Positions 9,239-17,650 of a DNA stretch of 64,000 bases are shown piece after piece; positions within the stretch are counted from its first letter, which is position 1; every line of letters begins with the position of its first letter. Source of the stretch: Paracoccaceae bacterium (lineage in GTDB: Bacteria > Pseudomonadota > Alphaproteobacteria > Rhodobacterales > Rhodobacteraceae); the NCBI GenBank assembly GCA_046305855.1, contig JBKDYO010000045.1:6627-70626 (forward strand), read 5' to 3'. Under the pieces are notes generated by a model. That model worked only from the letters and a program-made list of their open reading frames with translations, ran no database searches and was not told the DNA's origin. The position numbers were made by a program, and so were the translations under genes.

Positions 9239-9473
9239 GGATTCGTCTCCTTCGTGTCGTTCCCGTGACGCTAGCACCGTCCCTTCGGCTCATCAACTGT
9301 CGAGAAACAAATTTCACCTGTCGGGAAAAACACTGCCTAAGGTTAAGGCAGATGCGGTTTTTCTTGACAGATTGTCGCAGGTGGCTTTCCCTGAGGAAAA
9401 AATATTGCCGCGCAGGGAAATGACGGTCGGGCCACGTCGCGCGGACGAAAACAAGCGCCCAAGGGAGGGAAAC

Positions 9474-9758
9474 GTGGTTGACCTTAATCAGCGGATTGAG
9501 GCGATGCATCGACGCGACGTGCTGGTGGCATGGGCGTTCGTCATCGGTCTCTGGTGTGCAATGATCTTCGTGGCCTGGGCGACCTGGGGGCTTGCGCCGA
9601 CCAGCGGCGCGCGAACCCTGCTTCTGATCGGGGGCGCAGTCGTCCTGATCTTCAACACCGCCGCGATCCTGGCGATGCTTCGGCATTACCGCGAAGACCG
9701 CGACTTCATGTACGGCCTCGACATCAAGTTCCTCGACGAAGCCAAGGGGAGGAAGTGA
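9474..9758 (+). CDS. Small membrane protein, about 94 aa, two predicted TM helices
   Basis: GTG at 9474 lies 4 nt after GGGAGGG. Hydrophobic stretches VLVAWAFVIGLWCAMIFVAWATW and LLLIGGAVVLIFNTAAILAML. Its stop overlaps the next ATG (TGATG). Confidence 0.5.
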   Translation: MVDLNQRIEAMHRRDVLVAWAFVIGLWCAMIFVAWATWGLAPTSGARTLLLIGGAVVLIFNTAAILAMLRHYREDRDFMYGLDIKFLDEAKGRK

Positions 9759-10135
9759 TGGCACATTATGAACCCCCGAAGCAGGGCAAGGCCAGCCAGC
9801 TGATCGACGTGATCGTGCTGGTCGTCCTGACGGTCGGCGCGCTGTTCGTCCCGCTCTGGCTGGGCCTGGCCGGCGCGGCGAAGTCGGTCGCCACACCGGT
9901 CGCCGACCCGACCTGGGAGACGCTGGGCCAGACCCCGGCCCAGGCCGCGAAATACGAGGCGCTGGGTTACACGCCCGAAAGCGCCCATGACCTGATCCTT
10001 GCGCGCTTCGACTACAGCTTCTCGATTGGCGCGCTGCTGACGATGATCGTGGTCATCGTCCTCTACTACGTCCTGGTCCTGCGGTTTTCCGAAGTGGAAT
10101 ACCGCGAGGTCATTTCTGAAAAATTCGGGGAGTGA
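9758..10135 (+). CDS. Small membrane protein, 125 aa, two predicted TM helices
   Basis: ATG overlaps the upstream stop. TM segments LIDVIVLVVLTVGALFVPLWLGLAG and IGALLTMIVVIVLYYVLVL. Confidence 0.55.
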   Translation: MAHYEPPKQGKASQLIDVIVLVVLTVGALFVPLWLGLAGAAKSVATPVADPTWETLGQTPAQAAKYEALGYTPESAHDLILARFDYSFSIGALLTMIVVIVLYYVLVLRFSEVEYREVISEKFGE

Positions 10136-10141
10136 CGCGCG

Positions 10142-10315
10142 ATGGATCTGTGGAACTGGCTTGAATACGCGGCCTGGGCGCTGTCTGCCGCCTTTGGTCT
10201 GCACATGTTGCTGGATTGGCTGAAGACCGACAGCACCTATTCCGAAGATGTTCTGACCTCATCGCGCGAAGGCGAACTTGAGGCCATGGCCGAAGAGCAC
10301 AAGGTGAAATCATGA
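10142..10315 (+). CDS. 57-aa single-TM ORF (MDLWNWLEYAAWALSAAFGLHMLLDWLKTDSTYSEDVLTSSREGELEAMAEEHKVKS), not in the supplied ORF track
   Basis: Read directly from the sequence. ATG at 10142 lies about 10 nt after GGGAG. Its TGA overlaps the permease ATG (ATGA at 10312-10315). Confidence 0.45.
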   Translation: MDLWNWLEYAAWALSAAFGLHMLLDWLKTDSTYSEDVLTSSREGELEAMAEEHKVKS

Positions 10316-11748
10316 CCGACGTGGATATCACCTCGAAGACGATGGATGGCATGGGGCCGCATGGCACCAAAGTCGGCCTCTTGCGTGTCCTTGGCCCGGC
10401 GCATGTCTGGGCCCTAGGTGTCGGCATCGTTCTTGTCGGCGAATACATGGGTTGGAACTTCGCCGTCGGCAAAGGCGGCGCCTATGCCGCGCTGATCGCC
10501 TGCTGGTTTGCGGGCATCCTTTACACCTGCGTCGCCATGATCGACTCCGAGGTCACGTCGACCGTTGCTTCGGCGGGTGGGCAGTACACCCAGGCCAAAC
10601 ACATCGTTGGCCCCTTGATGGCCTTCAACGTCGGCCTCTACCTTGTCTTCGCCTATACAATGCTTGAGGCCGCCAACGCGATCACCGCAGGCTACCTCTT
10701 CTCGGTCGTCGCCACGATGAGCGGGCACGAGGCGGCGCTGGACCAGCGGCCCTTCATCATCCTGGTCATCATGTTCCTGGCCTGGCTGAACTACCGCGGC
10801 GTGCTGGCGACCCTGACCTTCAACCTCGTCATCACCGCCATCGCTTTCGTTGCCATCCTGGTCCTTTTCCTCTCGACGTCCGGCGTCCTTGGCGGCGGGA
10901 TCATGGAGCACGCGGCGCTTTTCGAAGGCCACGAGCTGCCCTATGGCTGGATTGGCGTCCTCGCCGCCATGCACTTCGGTCTGTGGTACTACCTTGGCAT
11001 CGAAGGCACCACGCAGGCCGCCGAAGAGGTTCGCTCCCCCGCCCGCGCGCTGCCCTTTGGCACGCTGGCCGGGATCATGACGCTCCTCATCGCCGCGACG
11101 CTCACCTGGTACGTCTGCTCCGGCGTCCTGCCGTGGGAATTCCTCGGCGACGGCGTCAACGGATCGGTGGCGCCCTTGTTCGACACTGCGCGCCTTGCAG
11201 GGTCCAACGGGCTGGTCTGGCTTCTGGGCATCGGCACCCTCTTCGCCACGCTCGCCTCGGCCAATGGCTGCATCAACGACGCATCCCGTGCCTGGTTCGC
11301 CATGGGCCGCGACAAGTACCTGCCGGGCTGGTTCGGCGCGGTCCATCCGAAATACCGCACCCCCTACCGGTCGATCGTCTTCCTGGTCCCCATCGCGCTG
11401 ATCTTTGCCCTTGGCGCGCCCTTGGACCAGGTGATCACCTTCTCGATCCTCTCGGGTCTCCTGGGCTATACCTTCATGCCGCTGAACATCATCCTGTTCC
11501 GCCGCAAGTGGCCCCTGAACTCGATCAAGCGGGGCTACGAGCATCCGTTCCACCCGCTGCCCGCGATCACGCTGCTGACCCTCTGCGCGGTCACGTTCTT
11601 CGCGGTCTTCCTCGGCTATGGCACCCAGCTTGTCGCGATGATCGGCTTCTACATAGTCGTGTCACTCTGGTTCCACTTCCGGCGCTACCGCTTTGTGAAC
11701 CGGGGCGCGCAGTTCACCATGCCCTGGCCAAAACCGCTGGGGTACTGA
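10312..11748 (+). CDS. APC-superfamily amino acid/amine permease, ethanolamine-permease (Eat)-like
   Basis: 478 aa with about 12 hydrophobic segments. The N-terminal region LGPAHVWALGVGIVLVGEYMGWNF...GGQYTQA resembles Eat-type carriers. Confidence 0.85.
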   Translation: MTDVDITSKTMDGMGPHGTKVGLLRVLGPAHVWALGVGIVLVGEYMGWNFAVGKGGAYAALIACWFAGILYTCVAMIDSEVTSTVASAGGQYTQAKHIVGPLMAFNVGLYLVFAYTMLEAANAITAGYLFSVVATMSGHEAALDQRPFIILVIMFLAWLNYRGVLATLTFNLVITAIAFVAILVLFLSTSGVLGGGIMEHAALFEGHELPYGWIGVLAAMHFGLWYYLGIEGTTQAAEEVRSPARALPFGTLAGIMTLLIAATLTWYVCSGVLPWEFLGDGVNGSVAPLFDTARLAGSNGLVWLLGIGTLFATLASANGCINDASRAWFAMGRDKYLPGWFGAVHPKYRTPYRSIVFLVPIALIFALGAPLDQVITFSILSGLLGYTFMPLNIILFRRKWPLNSIKRGYEHPFHPLPAITLLTLCAVTFFAVFLGYGTQLVAMIGFYIVVSLWFHFRRYRFVNRGAQFTMPWPKPLGY

Positions 11749-11754
11749 AAGAGC

Positions 11755-11782
11755 GGCCCGCCCCGGAAGGGGCGGGCCTTTT
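11755..11782 (+). terminator. Intrinsic terminator after the permease
   Basis: Perfect 10-bp GC stem GGCCCGCCCC/GGGGCGGGCC, loop GGAA, then TTTT. It begins 7 nt after the stop. Confidence 0.65.
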
Positions 11783-11785
11783 CCC

Positions 11786-12463
11786 ATGAATCCCCTGTTT
11801 CTGTCCGTCCTCGCGCTTCTGATCCTCGGCCTTTGGCTGGCGGTCCAGCTGGTTCAGGCCAGCCGCGCGCGCACCCTGGCCCGCTCCAGCTACTTCGACG
11901 CCGTGAAACCGCTTCTCTCGGGCGTGAAAGCACGGACCGAACCCACCGGCTTTCCCCGCGTCTCTGGCCTGTACGATGGCCTCAGCATCGATCTGCAGGC
12001 GATCCCCGATACGCTGACGTTCCGCAAGCTTCCGGCACTTTGGGTCATGCTGACCCTGACCGAGCCCTTGCCCCTGCAAGCCACCATCGACTTGCTGGCC
12101 CGACCCTCCGGCAACGAGCCGTTCACCCGCTTTGCTACCCTTCTGGTCTCGCTGCCCGCGATCCCGGATTTGCCCAAGGACGTGGCCATCCGCTGCGACG
12201 AGGCTGGCCATTTGCCGCAAGCCGCGCTCCTTGCCCGCCATGCCGACCTTTTCGCCGACCCGCGGGTGAAGGAACTGGTGCTTTCGCCCAAGGGCCTGCG
12301 CATCGTGATTCTGGCGGAAGAGGCCGACCGCGGCCGCTATCTGATCTTCCGCGAGGCTGAGATGGGCATGTCGCCGCTGCGTCCCGACCGCATCGCGCCC
12401 CTGCTGGACCGCTTGCTCGCCTTGCGCGAGGATGTGCTGGCACTTACGAAAGACCCCGCATGA
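11786..12463 (+). CDS. Hypothetical N-terminally anchored membrane protein
   Basis: 225-aa ORF. The N-terminal TM helix LFLSVLALLILGLWLAVQLV begins right at the ATG. No recognisable domain. Confidence 0.55.
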   Translation: MNPLFLSVLALLILGLWLAVQLVQASRARTLARSSYFDAVKPLLSGVKARTEPTGFPRVSGLYDGLSIDLQAIPDTLTFRKLPALWVMLTLTEPLPLQATIDLLARPSGNEPFTRFATLLVSLPAIPDLPKDVAIRCDEAGHLPQAALLARHADLFADPRVKELVLSPKGLRIVILAEEADRGRYLIFREAEMGMSPLRPDRIAPLLDRLLALREDVLALTKDPA

Positions 12464-12735
12464 AAGCGCCCCCGAACCCCTACCTTGTGCTTGGTGTCGC
12501 ACTGGCCCTGCCCGGCATGGGCCAGGTCCTGAACCGTCAGCCAGTGCGCGGGCTGATCTTTGTCTGCTTTGCGATCCTGCTGGGCGCCTTCACCCTGAAG
12601 ACCGCTGCCCCCGAGGTGTCCTTCGTCGGCAAGCTGGCAGGAGGCCTTTTTGTCTGGGCGATGGCCGCCTTCGATGCCTACAAGGTCGCCCGCATCCGCC
12701 ATGCCGTCTGGAGTCACACCCAACAGAAGTCCTAG
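12460..12735 (+). CDS. Hypothetical small membrane protein, 91 aa
   Basis: ATGA overlap with the upstream gene. Three hydrophobic segments. Confidence 0.55.
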   Translation: MKAPPNPYLVLGVALALPGMGQVLNRQPVRGLIFVCFAILLGAFTLKTAAPEVSFVGKLAGGLFVWAMAAFDAYKVARIRHAVWSHTQQKS

Positions 12736-12768
12736 GTCGAACCAAATCCCTTTGACGACCTTTGGCCC

Positions 12769-13122
12769 CTAATCCTGCCAGACCGCCGCAAGCATCGTCT
12801 TCAGCGCGGCCAGCGCTTCGGCCCCGTCTTCGCAGCCCGGCCCGACACGCACCGCCACGGTCGCCGCAAAGCCGCAAGCCGCGCGTTTTTCGGGCCGGAT
12901 CATCACTTCGAACCCCTTCGGACTGGCCAGGACAGCCTGCACGGCATCCTCTGCGCCAAAGCTTTCGTCATTCGCTTCGAACCAGACCGGACCACCCTTG
13001 ACGGCCTGCCGGAACAGGACATAGCCGTCCTCTTCGTCTTCGCCCTCGGCAAAGCCGATGAACAGCTGGCCCTCGTCCTCCACGACCGAGCCATAGGCCG
13101 CTTTCACCGTGATGTCGGCCAT
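12769..13122 (-). CDS. Hypothetical acidic 117-aa protein
   Basis: Start lies 7 nt after the hemF stop, with a GAGGA that overlaps that stop. There is no signal peptide. Any resemblance to Imm10-type immunity proteins is recalled from memory only. Confidence 0.55.
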   Translation of the reverse strand: MADITVKAAYGSVVEDEGQLFIGFAEGEDEEDGYVLFRQAVKGGPVWFEANDESFGAEDAVQAVLASPKGFEVMIRPEKRAACGFAATVAVRVGPGCEDGAEALAALKTMLAAVWQD

Positions 13123-13129
13123 ACTGTCC

Positions 13130-13990
13130 TCAGGTCCACTTCGCGACGGGAGGCAGGCTCATCAGCACCGCGTTCGCGTCGTGGCCGGTTTCAAGCCCGA
13201 ACTTCGTGCCCCGGTCATAGACCAAGTTGTATTCCGCGTAGAGCCCACGGTGGATCAGCTGCACCTCCCGGTCCGCTTCCGTCCAGGCATGGCCAAGCCG
13301 CCGCTCGGTCAGTGGCTGGAAGGCCGGCAGAAACGCCGCTCCAACATCGCGGGTAAAGGCAAAGTCGCGGTCCCAGTCCCCGGTGTTGAGGTCATCATAG
13401 AAGATGCCTCCGACGCCCCGCGCCCGTCCACGGTGGGGCACAAAGAAGTACTCGTCCGCCCAGGCCTTGAACTTCCGGTAGTAGTCCGGGGAATGCGCAT
13501 CGCAGGCCTTTTGCATTTCTCCGTGGAAATGCGCCGTGTCCTCGGCATATTCGATGCAGGGGTTCAGGTCCGACCCGCCGCCGAACCACCAGGCGCCGGG
13601 GGTCCAGAACATCCGGGTATTCATGTGGACGGCAGGTGCATGCGGGTTCTGCATATGCGCGACAAGGCTGATGCCCGAGGCCCAGAACCGCGGATCCTCC
13701 GCCATCCCCGGCACGCCCCGCGCGGCCATGGCCCGCTGCGCCTTTTCGCCCAGCACCCCGTGAACCTCGGACCAGTTGACGCCGACTTTCTCGAACACCC
13801 CGCCGCCGCGCATCACGCTCATGATGCCGCCACCACCGTCAGCGCGGTTGGTCGGCGTAACCTCGAACCGCCCGGGAGTGCCCTTGGCATATTGGTCCTC
13901 CAACCCCTCGAAGGCCGCCACGATCCTGTCGCGCAAGGTGTGGAACCACTGTGCGGCCTCGGTCTTGCGGCGGTCGAAGGGATCGGTCAT
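13130..13990 (-). CDS. hemF: Oxygen-dependent coproporphyrinogen III oxidase
   Basis: 286 aa with characteristic HemF blocks (FEKVGVNWSEVHG, WFGGGSDLNP, GGIFYDD). Confidence 0.9.
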   Translation of the reverse strand: MTDPFDRRKTEAAQWFHTLRDRIVAAFEGLEDQYAKGTPGRFEVTPTNRADGGGGIMSVMRGGGVFEKVGVNWSEVHGVLGEKAQRAMAARGVPGMAEDPRFWASGISLVAHMQNPHAPAVHMNTRMFWTPGAWWFGGGSDLNPCIEYAEDTAHFHGEMQKACDAHSPDYYRKFKAWADEYFFVPHRGRARGVGGIFYDDLNTGDWDRDFAFTRDVGAAFLPAFQPLTERRLGHAWTEADREVQLIHRGLYAEYNLVYDRGTKFGLETGHDANAVLMSLPPVAKWT

Positions 13991-14067
13991 CGTCAGGTCT
14001 CCGGCTAGGGTCTTCCCCCATGCCTAGCACCCCGCCGCGCCGCTTTCCACCTTTGAAGGAGCGCCCG

Positions 14068-14460
14068 ATGAAACGCCTGATTCTTCTGTCGCTTGGCCTG
14101 CTTGCCGGCTGCGGAACCCCGCAGGAACAGTGCATCAACCGCAACACCCGCGACCTGCGCACCGTGGACCGGCTGATCGCGGAAACGCAGGGCAACCTCG
14201 ACCGGGGCTATGCGTTCGAGACAATCACTGTCTACGAGGACTACTGGACCACTTGTCCGCAGCAGCCGGTGCCCGAAGGCGAAACGCCACCACCGCCACG
14301 TCTGTGCCTGGACGAGCGCCCGGTCACGGCCCAACGCGCCAAGGCCATCGATCTGAACGACGAGGCGCGCAAGCTTGACAGCCTGAAGGTCAAGCGGCGT
14401 CAGTTGGCCAAGGCGGCCGAGGCCGTCATGGCGCAGTGCAAGGCCGAGTATCCCGAATGA
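14068..14460 (+). CDS. Hypothetical lipoprotein
   Basis: MKRLILLSLGLLAGC carries a lipobox (LAGC). 130 aa with a coiled-coil-like C-terminus. Confidence 0.6.
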   Translation: MKRLILLSLGLLAGCGTPQEQCINRNTRDLRTVDRLIAETQGNLDRGYAFETITVYEDYWTTCPQQPVPEGETPPPPRLCLDERPVTAQRAKAIDLNDEARKLDSLKVKRRQLAKAAEAVMAQCKAEYPE

Positions 14461-15273
14461 TCAGTGCGCCGGTGCGCTGACCACGTCCAGAAGCCCGCGC
14501 CCGCCATCGACCGTCAGTACCTGCCCGGTGACAAAGCCCGCCGCGTCCGAGGCCAGGAACTGCACGGCCTCGACCAGTTCTGCCGGTGCCGCAATGCGAC
14601 CCAGCGGCGTGCCCTCGGTGATCGCGTCACGAAAATCCGGGTTGTCCTTCAGCGACGCCTGCAGACTTGCGCTCATCACCGACCCGAAGGCCACGGCATT
14701 CACCCGGATGCCCTTCGGCGCCAGCGCTACGGCCATCGACCGGGTCATCTGGTCCATCGCGGCTGCCGCCATCGAATAGGCCAGCAGCTCGGGCCGCGTG
14801 GCATGGGCCGCGATCGAGGATAGGTTGATGATCGAGCCCAGCATGGTCCCTGCCTCGACTTCGGCACGTTGGCCATGCTGGATCATCCGCTTGGCGGTCA
14901 TCTGGGAAATCCGCAGCGCGGACAGGACGTTGTGTCGCCACAACTCTTCCACCCCGTCGGCTTCGGGGTTCAGGATTTCCGACACAAAGGTCCGCCGGTT
15001 CGCATTGACCAGGATATCCACCCGGTCAAAGGCGTCGATGGTCGCGGACAGAAGATTGGCAATGGTCAGCTTCTCGGTCAGGTCGCCCGCGAACATGCGG
15101 ATCGGCCCCTCGGCCCGCGCCTCTTCGCCGACCTCGTTCTCCAGGCGCTCTTCGTCGACATCCGCGAACATCACGTTCGCGCCCTTGTCGACCAGATGCC
15201 GCGCGATGGCCAAACCGATGCCCGAGGCCGAACCGGTCACGATGGCAGTCTTGCCGGAAACAGAGAAGGACAT
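14461..15273 (-). CDS. SDR family oxidoreductase
   Basis: TGSASGIG cofactor motif and classical SDR length and layout. Confidence 0.85.
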   Translation of the reverse strand: MSFSVSGKTAIVTGSASGIGLAIARHLVDKGANVMFADVDEERLENEVGEEARAEGPIRMFAGDLTEKLTIANLLSATIDAFDRVDILVNANRRTFVSEILNPEADGVEELWRHNVLSALRISQMTAKRMIQHGQRAEVEAGTMLGSIINLSSIAAHATRPELLAYSMAAAAMDQMTRSMAVALAPKGIRVNAVAFGSVMSASLQASLKDNPDFRDAITEGTPLGRIAAPAELVEAVQFLASDAAGFVTGQVLTVDGGRGLLDVVSAPAH

Positions 15274-15291
15274 CAGCGACCTCTTCGTCGG

Positions 15292-16284
15292 TCAGGGTTT
15301 GGCCCGCGACGCATCGCGTCTGGGCTTCAGGGCATGGATCACGCGAAAGCCACCCGCTGTGGCCACAACCTTGACCTCAAGGAAGCATTCCGCCAGCACC
15401 GCATCATAAGGCAGGTGGCGGTTTGCCACCAACCAGAGGCTGCCATCAGGGGCAAGCATCCGCCGAGCCGCCCGGATGAACCCGGCACCCAAGCCGGGAT
15501 CGGCCTCACGTGAGGTGTGGAACGGCGGGTTCATCACCACGGCGTCAAGCAGCGTCTCGGGCCGGAACGCTGTCGCGTCCGCCCAGTGAAACCGGGCCCG
15601 TGGGTCGGGGATGTTGATTTTCGCGCAATCCAGCGCATCGGCCTCGGCTTCCACCAGATCCAGCCGTTTCACGCCCGGTCGCTGCAGGATCTGTGCCGCG
15701 AGGAACCCCCAGCCTGCCCCCAGGTCAGCGATCTTACTGCCCAGTTTCTCGGGCAGGTTTTCCGCCAGCAGCACCGAGCCCGGGTCCGGCCCGTCCGCAG
15801 AAAAGATGCCGGGCAAGGTCTGAAACCCGGCGACCATTGTCGGCCGCGCAGCCCAGTCCGAAAGGTCGGGTCCAACAGTAAACGACGCCAGCTTGCCATG
15901 CGCCTTCGACAGGCTCTCTGACAGATCGACCCGACCGCGCAGGTCCTTCAGCGCCGTGTCGATTCCGTCGGTCTTCTGGCCGTCGACCGCGACCCACCCG
16001 CCCGGCGCGACCTCGGCGGCCGCCTGCGCGATCAGCGCCCGGGCAGCTTCGCGTGACCGGGGCAGGCAGACGATCGCTGCAGCATAGGGCGGTTCGGGCG
16101 TGACCATGTAGCTGGCGGCAAAATGGTCCCGATCCGGCTTGAACCCGGTCACCACCACGACCCGGTCCCGGGGAAGCGCGCCAAGATCATCGCCGACACG
16201 CGGACGATACACGGCAATCCGCCCCTCGGCGGGAAGCTCAATCGCGCCGGTCTCCAGCGCCAGGGACAATCTTGCGGATCGCAT
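15292..16284 (-). CDS. Class I SAM-dependent methyltransferase (RsmC/RlmG-like small-domain MTase)
   Basis: DLGAGWGFLA SAM motif and the NPPFH catalytic motif typical of N-methylating rRNA methyltransferases. Confidence 0.75.
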   Translation of the reverse strand: MRSARLSLALETGAIELPAEGRIAVYRPRVGDDLGALPRDRVVVVTGFKPDRDHFAASYMVTPEPPYAAAIVCLPRSREAARALIAQAAAEVAPGGWVAVDGQKTDGIDTALKDLRGRVDLSESLSKAHGKLASFTVGPDLSDWAARPTMVAGFQTLPGIFSADGPDPGSVLLAENLPEKLGSKIADLGAGWGFLAAQILQRPGVKRLDLVEAEADALDCAKINIPDPRARFHWADATAFRPETLLDAVVMNPPFHTSREADPGLGAGFIRAARRMLAPDGSLWLVANRHLPYDAVLAECFLEVKVVATAGGFRVIHALKPRRDASRAKP

Positions 16285-16330
16285 GGGCGAGGGCCTCAGG
16301 CCCCCGATCCCCCTCTGATGACATGCACGA

Positions 16331-16651
16331 TCATTCCTTTTCCATCGTGCATTGCAGCGGGTGCTGGTGGCGACGCGCGAAATCCATCACCTGCGCCACC
16401 TTGGTCTCGGCCACTTCAAAGCTGAACACCCCAACGACCGCGAGGCCCTTCTTGTGGACCGTCAGCATGATCTCGAACGCCTGGGCATGGTTCAAGCCAA
16501 AGAACCGTTCCAGCACATGCACGACGAACTCCATCGGCGTGTAGTCGTCGTTCAAGAGCAGCACCTTGTACAGCGGTGGCCGCTGGGTCTTGGTCTTGGT
16601 TTTCGTCAGGATCGAGGTGTCATTCCCCGGGCCATCCGTCTTGTCCGACAT
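16331..16651 (-). CDS. clpS: ATP-dependent Clp protease adaptor ClpS
   Basis: [26 protein letters not shown]...HKKGLAVVG is the canonical ClpS core. Start assigned to ATG at 16651 (MSDKTDG). Confidence 0.9.
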   Translation of the reverse strand: MSDKTDGPGNDTSILTKTKTKTQRPPLYKVLLLNDDYTPMEFVVHVLERFFGLNHAQAFEIMLTVHKKGLAVVGVFSFEVAETKVAQVMDFARRHQHPLQCTMEKE

Positions 16652-16758
16652 GGTCAAAGGGCGGCTCGGCACGGGATGCGGACTCCGTTTCCCGGGATTC
16701 GGGGTTGCAACTGACTTTCGAAATATAGCCTCTTTTGGCGCAGGGAAAAGGGGCGGCC

Positions 16759-17454
16759 ATGCTGACGACGATTGGCTTCGATGCGGACGACACACTTTGG
16801 CAGAACGAGACCTTCTTTCGGCTGACGCAAGACCGCTTTCTGCAGGTGCTCGCAGACCATGCCGATCCCGATCATCTGCGCGAAAGGCTGGAGGCGGCCG
16901 AGCGGCGGAACCTGTCCTATTACGGCTTCGGGGTGAAGGGCTTTACCCTCTCGATGATCGAGACCGCCGTCGAGGTCACCGAAGGCCGTGTGCCCGCCAC
17001 CGTGATCGGCGACCTGATCGCGATGGGGCGCGAGCTGCTGGAACACCCTATGGAACTTCTGCCCCATGCCCGCGCCACGGTCGGTGCCCTGTCGGCAGAT
17101 TTCCGGCTGGTGCTGATCACCAAGGGCGACCTTCTGCATCAGGAACGCAAGCTGGCGCAATCCGGTCTCGGCGATCTGTTTCACGGCGTCGAGATCGTGT
17201 CGGACAAGACTGCGGACACCTATCGCTCGGCCTTTGCCCGTCATGGCACCGGGGCCGACCAGGCGATGATGGTCGGCAATTCGTTGAAATCCGACGTGAT
17301 CCCTGCATTGGAAGCCGGTTCTTGGGGCGTGCATGTCCCGCAGGATCTGGAATGGGCGTTCGAGGCCGCCAGTGCCCCGACGGACCATCGCCGGTTCCAC
17401 GCCATCAAGGATCTCGGTGCCCTGCCAGCTTTGGTTAGGAAACTGCAAGCCTGA
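16759..17454 (+). CDS. HAD family hydrolase
   Basis: Begins [14 protein letters not shown], carrying the DxDxT motif I. VGNSLKSD is motif IV-like. The Shine-Dalgarno sequence AAAGGGG precedes the ATG at 16759. Confidence 0.8.
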   Translation: MLTTIGFDADDTLWQNETFFRLTQDRFLQVLADHADPDHLRERLEAAERRNLSYYGFGVKGFTLSMIETAVEVTEGRVPATVIGDLIAMGRELLEHPMELLPHARATVGALSADFRLVLITKGDLLHQERKLAQSGLGDLFHGVEIVSDKTADTYRSAFARHGTGADQAMMVGNSLKSDVIPALEAGSWGVHVPQDLEWAFEAASAPTDHRRFHAIKDLGALPALVRKLQA

Positions 17455-17650
17455 CCCCACAGATAGAAAGGCCAGCGCAGACCAGCGCAAGATATGGATG
17501 CCCGGTCAGAAAACTGCAGCTTCCCGGCAACTACATGAACTGCGCCCTGAAACCCCTTGGAATTTTTGGGTTTTCGGATCGTGGAACCTGTGCTAGCGTT
17601 TCCCCTGAGGCAGAATAAGGCACCGGAAAATCCGGGCCAACAGGCAAAGG

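Noticed and set aside
9334-9352. Hairpin/palindrome CTGCCTaaggttaAGGCAG in the mgsA/small-ORF divergent spacer as a regulator site.
   Set aside because: It has only a 6-bp stem. No second copy or matching regulator gene is in the window, so it is indistinguishable from chance by eye.
16331-16651. clpS not followed by clpA, as a possible orphan adaptor.
   Set aside because: clpA may simply be elsewhere in the genome. Gene order alone in one window is not evidence of anything unusual.
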